This document shows positions 59,841 to 64,000 of a stretch of DNA of 64,000 nt, in pieces; the stretch's first letter is position 1; each line of letters opens with the position of its first letter. A program made the translations under genes and the position numbers. Origin of the DNA: Candidatus Marinacidobacterales bacterium (GTDB lineage: Bacteria; Acidobacteriota; Vicinamibacteria; Marinacidobacterales; DATDRI01); the NCBI GenBank assembly GCA_965219415.1, contig CBDCNP010000002.1, positions 1,024,001 to 1,088,000 on the forward strand, in the 5' to 3' direction. The notes under the pieces were generated by a model. That model was not told where the DNA came from. It made no database searches and saw only the letters and a list, made by a program, of their open reading frames with translations.

Positions 59841-61689
59841 CGGTCGGCGCATAGCGGCCTTCGGGCGTCTTGGTCGCGATCTTGTACTGCGGGTCGGTGA
59901 GCAGACCGTAGAGACACGGATCCATCGTTCGCATCAACTCCGGCGTGTACGCTCCCCATTCGCGGCTAGGCCCCTCGCCGCTCGCGGGGCGGTTCGCGTA
60001 GTTGAACTCCTGCGCTCCGAGGATGGACGTCGTACCCCAATACATGTACTCGACGGCCATGCAGCCGTAGTCGCAGGTCTCGTCGTCGTAGTGGTACCAG
60101 GCCTCTTCGGGATAACCCGCCTTCGGTCCCCCGGTAGGTATTCCTATGAAGCGTCCCCCGCGGGCCTTATCCATACAATTCCCGAGGGCGCTCCCGGGTT
60201 CGGGAGAGAACGTATCGGGGTATGCCACGGCCCAACCGGCATCGCAGAGTAGATGCCAGATTTCTTCGAGGGCGGCGTCCTGCTGAACCTCCCGATTGAC
60301 CACGCCATCTTTCAGAAATCCCGGCCGCGTTTCTTCGTCCCAAAGTAACTGGCCGGCATGGAATCCTGCCTTGCGCCAGACCCTGTAGTCCATGTTTTCT
60401 AGTTCTTCTTCCGTCCGAGGGAACACGATATAGGCGTTCCGGCTTACCAGATGGCTGAGCACCAACATGTTGTCGGGCACACCATCGGAGTCGTTGTCCA
60501 AGTATTCGGCCATGACCCTGGCCGCATGAAGGAGTTTTTCGTCCCTCGCGTCGGGTGTTGCAAAAAAATGCACACCAAAAACGCTCACGTATTTGGAAAA
60601 GCCGCCCTCTTCGAACGGCGCTAGTTCCTCCGGGATATCGGTAATCTTGATATCCGCGGTGACTTGTTTCTCGCCGAGGCTCGTTTCCCCCCCTCCCCAA
60701 TCCAAGTCTTCCGGAGGAACCACGACGGGCTCTTCCTTCCCCGGGAAGGAGCTCGGAACGCCAATAGTGACTTCACCGGTCGCCACGTACTCGGTACCCC
60801 TCGCCAGAACAGTTTGAAAACCAACGCAGTGGACCGAGGCGCCAAACGGCTTGTATTCGTCGTTGAAGTGCCCCATCGGGAGGTGAAATATCTTCCCTTC
60901 CCCGTAGGTGATGATCATCAACATGGGCTCGGCTTCATTGGTAAGTTTGGAAACCGAATGGGCGAGTACCTCGACGTTCGTGGCCGGGCCGCGCAGGGCC
61001 GAGTAGAGCTCATCCTCGGCATGCATCCATTCGGTGGGCAAGCCCTCTAGAATCGGGTGGGAGGGCTGATCGTGGATGACGAGAAACTCGCGCATGTCTC
61101 CATGTTCCCCGCTGAGACCTTCGTCCGGGGAGGCGGCCATCCATTCACCGTCGACCTTACGAAGAAGGGAGCCTGACACTCCTGCCTGGCGACCGCCCCA
61201 GCCACCGACGGCGATCATCTCGTTGTACGCGGGCCAATTCGTAAAGGCGTTGTCGGCCGCGTGTACGGGCACGAACCCGCCGCCCTCTCTCACGAAGCTC
61301 TCGAAGTCTGCCTGGGTCTCGGCTGACCACGGGGTTTCGCAGCCGCCGTCCACCTCGCAATCGTCGTTGAAGTTGCTGACGACGACTTGGTAGTCGGAGA
61401 ACCGGGGCCGCCACGCCTCCCAGTCTTCTTTACTAAACCCCCTTCGCGGCGACGTGCTGACGTCGACGTCGAACCGGCCGGTCTTCTCGAGTGTCGATTT
61501 GTTGGCAGCGGTGGTCCGCTCCCAATCGTGATTATTGACGCCATCGATGATGAGGACCTTGATACGGTCATCTATGCGCTCATCAGGCGCCGATGTGGTC
61601 TCCGTAGCGGGGGTATTGCTCGGACCTTCGGAACAGCTGAAGGTCGAAACAACAAATAGAAAGATGGAGTAAGAAAGTAGCTTTGGCAT
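59815..61689 (-). CDS. Lipoprotein: ThuA-like domain fused to a zincin-like domain
   Basis: FSC lipobox, IIDG.NNHDW, GGG.V.VHAA, YN.MI..GGWG.R, DELY and GH. Second domain has F.KYV.VFG, AEYLDND.DG, LEEI.H and CDY.C...EY.YW. Confidence 0.75.
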   Translation of the reverse strand: MPKLLSYSIFLFVVSTFSCSEGPSNTPATETTSAPDERIDDRIKVLIIDGVNNHDWERTTAANKSTLEKTGRFDVDVSTSPRRGFSKEDWEAWRPRFSDYQVVVSNFNDDCEVDGGCETPWSAETQADFESFVREGGGFVPVHAADNAFTNWPAYNEMIAVGGWGGRQAGVSGSLLRKVDGEWMAASPDEGLSGEHGDMREFLVIHDQPSHPILEGLPTEWMHAEDELYSALRGPATNVEVLAHSVSKLTNEAEPMLMIITYGEGKIFHLPMGHFNDEYKPFGASVHCVGFQTVLARGTEYVATGEVTIGVPSSFPGKEEPVVVPPEDLDWGGGETSLGEKQVTADIKITDIPEELAPFEEGGFSKYVSVFGVHFFATPDARDEKLLHAARVMAEYLDNDSDGVPDNMLVLSHLVSRNAYIVFPRTEEELENMDYRVWRKAGFHAGQLLWDEETRPGFLKDGVVNREVQQDAALEEIWHLLCDAGWAVAYPDTFSPEPGSALGNCMDKARGGRFIGIPTGGPKAGYPEEAWYHYDDETCDYGCMAVEYMYWGTTSILGAQEFNYANRPASGEGPSREWGAYTPELMRTMDPCLYGLLTDPQYKIATKTPEGRYAPTATPKTKSG

Positions 61690-61711
61690 ATCGGGTCCGT
61701 CTGAATAATTC

Positions 61712-64000
61712 TCAGTAGGTCTTGTCGTACCACTGATCCTGGAGTACGAGCGCGGTTCCGGTTAGCTCGCGGCCGTGCACCAAGACCTTGACCGTGTACT
61801 CTCCGGGCTTGGCACGAACGTGTTTGTAGTCGCGCTCCCTCCATTCGGGAAGCGAGTGAATCCATATCCGCAAGGGGCGGCCGTAGATGCTCACTTCCTC
61901 GTCGGGCTCGCCGAAGTGGTCCGTTCCGTCGTAGTAGTCGAAGTACTCCTCCTCGGTGCGCACCTCGCGGTTCCATTCCTCCCAGTCTTTCTTTTCTTGC
62001 TCGGTCCGCGGGATCCGCTCGGTCAGATACCACTGAACACTGTTGAGCCCGGCTTCGCCTGTACCGTTGTACTCGTTGACAAGCCACGAGCCTCTGTAAA
62101 TCTGAACCTTGACGTCGCCCGGGGCAGGCTCCGCAAGGAAGTAGTTAATACCGCGCCATGGGGGGCATTCTCGCCGTCGTAGTTGTGAAACGCCGCCGCA
62201 ACCTGTGTCCCGCGCGCGGAGATCCATAGCACCTGGGGCTCGATCTTGAAAAGATGTTCCTCGCTGGCCACGACCGCGGGCGTAAGTTCTTGCAGGACAG
62301 AGATATCCGCGATCCAGAAACTCCTTCCGTAGGTCGCCACCACGAGGTCGTCTTCCCGTGGATGAATGACTAGGTCGTGGATGGGAACGTTCGGCATGTT
62401 ATTGCGCAACGACGTCCAGCTCTCGCCACCGTCGAGCGACACATAGATCGACTTTGCAGTTCCGAGGAAAAGAAGGTTCGGGTTCCTGTGATCTTCCCGG
62501 ATCACGTTGACCGGCTCGTCTGCGGGCAGCCCATCGACGATACCGGTCCACGTAGCACCGAAGTCGGTCGTCTTGTAGACGTAGGGCCTGAGATCGCGCC
62601 GGTCGCGCCGACCGCCGGAGAAACTGACGTATGCGGTCGCAGGATCGTGGTGGGAGGCTTCCACTCGGCTCACCTTGCAAAGAGGGCTCCCGGTTATCTT
62701 TTCGTTCAAGCGAGTCCAGGTTTCTCCACCGTCCCTCGTGAGTTGGACGTTGCCGTTATCAGTGCCAATCCAGATCACGCCTTGCGCGAGCGGTGACTCG
62801 GCGATGGTCGTGATCGAGCCGTTCACTCTCCTGCCTTCGGTAGGTCCCCCGCCCACCGACAAGTCGGGGCTTACCTCCTTCCAGTCTTCGCCCGGAACGC
62901 CGAGCGCAACAAGACGTTAGCGCCGTGGTAGACGACGTTACTGTTGTGCGGCGAGATCAGAATCGGCGCGATGAAGTTGAAGCGCACGTCCGGATTCTCG
63001 CGATAGCGTATTCTTTTTCTGACGCCGGTCTTCTGGTCATTGCGCGAGATCGAGCCGTTCTGGGACTCGACATAGAGCCAGCGGTTATCGGTCGGATCGA
63101 TCTGCGCGTACGAGCCGTCGGCACCGCGGACGTGCTCCCACCCCTCGAACCGGATCGGGAACCGGCTCCGATTCGTGCTTGGTCCTCGCCAGGTACCGAA
63201 GTCCTGCATCCCCCCGTAGACGTTGTACGGGTACGCCATGTCGACCCCGACTCCCTCCAATTGTCCCAAAGGAAGATTGTCGGGGTGGTACCAAGTTTTT
63301 CCGCCGCTGAACGAAATGGCGAGCCCATAGTCGTAGCCGAGAAGGATGTGGTCGCTGTTGGCTGGATTGATCCACATTGCCTGGTTGTCCCCCCCGAAGC
63401 GAATCGCCTTCCCCCAGGTCTTACCGCCATCGAAGGTGCCTTGTATGCCCGTATTCATGACGTAAATACGATGGTCATCGTTGGGGTCGATGCGAATCTG
63501 TCCGAATCGCGAGCTCCCTTTGAAGGCCGGCGTCCTCCGGGCTGATGCGACTCCACGTTTCGCCGCCGTCGTCGGTTCGCCAGACCGAATTGATGTAGCG
63601 ATTCCGGCGGTCCGCTTCGGGATTGGGGTACAAAATGGACGCCACGACCGTGTCCGGATCGCTCCAATAGATGTCGAGCCCGATGCGATCCAAGCTGCCA
63701 GTCGGCAAACCGCCCGTGAGTTTGCTCCAGGTCTCACCCCCGTTGGTGGTTTTGTAGATGCCGCTGCCCTCGCCGCTCTTTCGGTCCCAGCTCGACGCGT
63801 AGAGAACGTCCGGGTTCCGCGGGTTCATCACGATGTCGGCGGCCCCAACGTGGTATCCGTCGTGGCTGACGGCCAACGATTTCGTCCACGTCTTGCCGCC
63901 ATCGGTGGTCTTGAAGACACCCTTCTGTCGACTGTCGGTGTCGGTGATCCAGCTGCCGACCGCGGCGGCGTAGACGACGTCCGGGTCCTTCGGATGAATC
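61712..64000 (-). CDS. BNR/Asp-box (VPS10/sortilin-like) glycosyl hydrolase-like protein; 5' end outside the window, three or more frameshifts
   Basis: Repeated KTTDGG.TW/S.DGG.SW motifs, PYNVYGGMQD.G, RFNF.API..SPH and DL.IHPR..DLV.ATYGR. Confidence 0.85.

Noticed and set aside
42400-64000. Integron cassette array
   Set aside because: No attC-like RYYYAAC...GTTRRRY structures between genes, mixed orientations and no integrase.
1-64000. tRNA, rRNA or known riboswitch
   Set aside because: No cloverleaf, T-loop or rRNA signatures were recognised in the short intergenic regions. An Infernal/Rfam scan would be needed to exclude them fully.

Overview
A GC-rich bacterial window, probably Acidobacteriota. 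This is inferred from a GWxTD-domain gene and a Ser/Thr kinase fused to a TolB-like propeller. It is mostly accessory metabolism: panB, an NSS transporter, a GMC oxidoreductase with its Tat small subunit, two Gfo/Idh/MocA oxidoreductases, a Gfo-discoidin-TIGR03663-ApbE operon, a CusCBA-like heavy-metal efflux operon, and a high-GC Opp/Dpp ABC catabolic operon interrupted by an intact IS256 and a small MITE-like element. An IS91-like remnant is followed by about 22 kb of secreted hydrolases (serine hydrolase, CocE, S9, four M24-like copies or fragments, DUF885-like, D-aminoacylase, ThuA fusion, BNR protein). I saw no rRNA, tRNA, CRISPR array, integron or reverse transcriptase. Many genes carry single-base frameshifts, which may be long-read errors, and several carry larger deletion or fusion scars. 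The best leads are: an HNH-family gene with a structured non-coding leader and an in-frame palindromic insertion; M24-fold paralogs that appear to have lost metal ligands; a one-cysteine 'racemase'; a signal-less ApbE operon; and a three-gene in-frame chimera. None can be shown to be a new system from sequence alone. All family assignments come from motif recognition by eye, not database searches.
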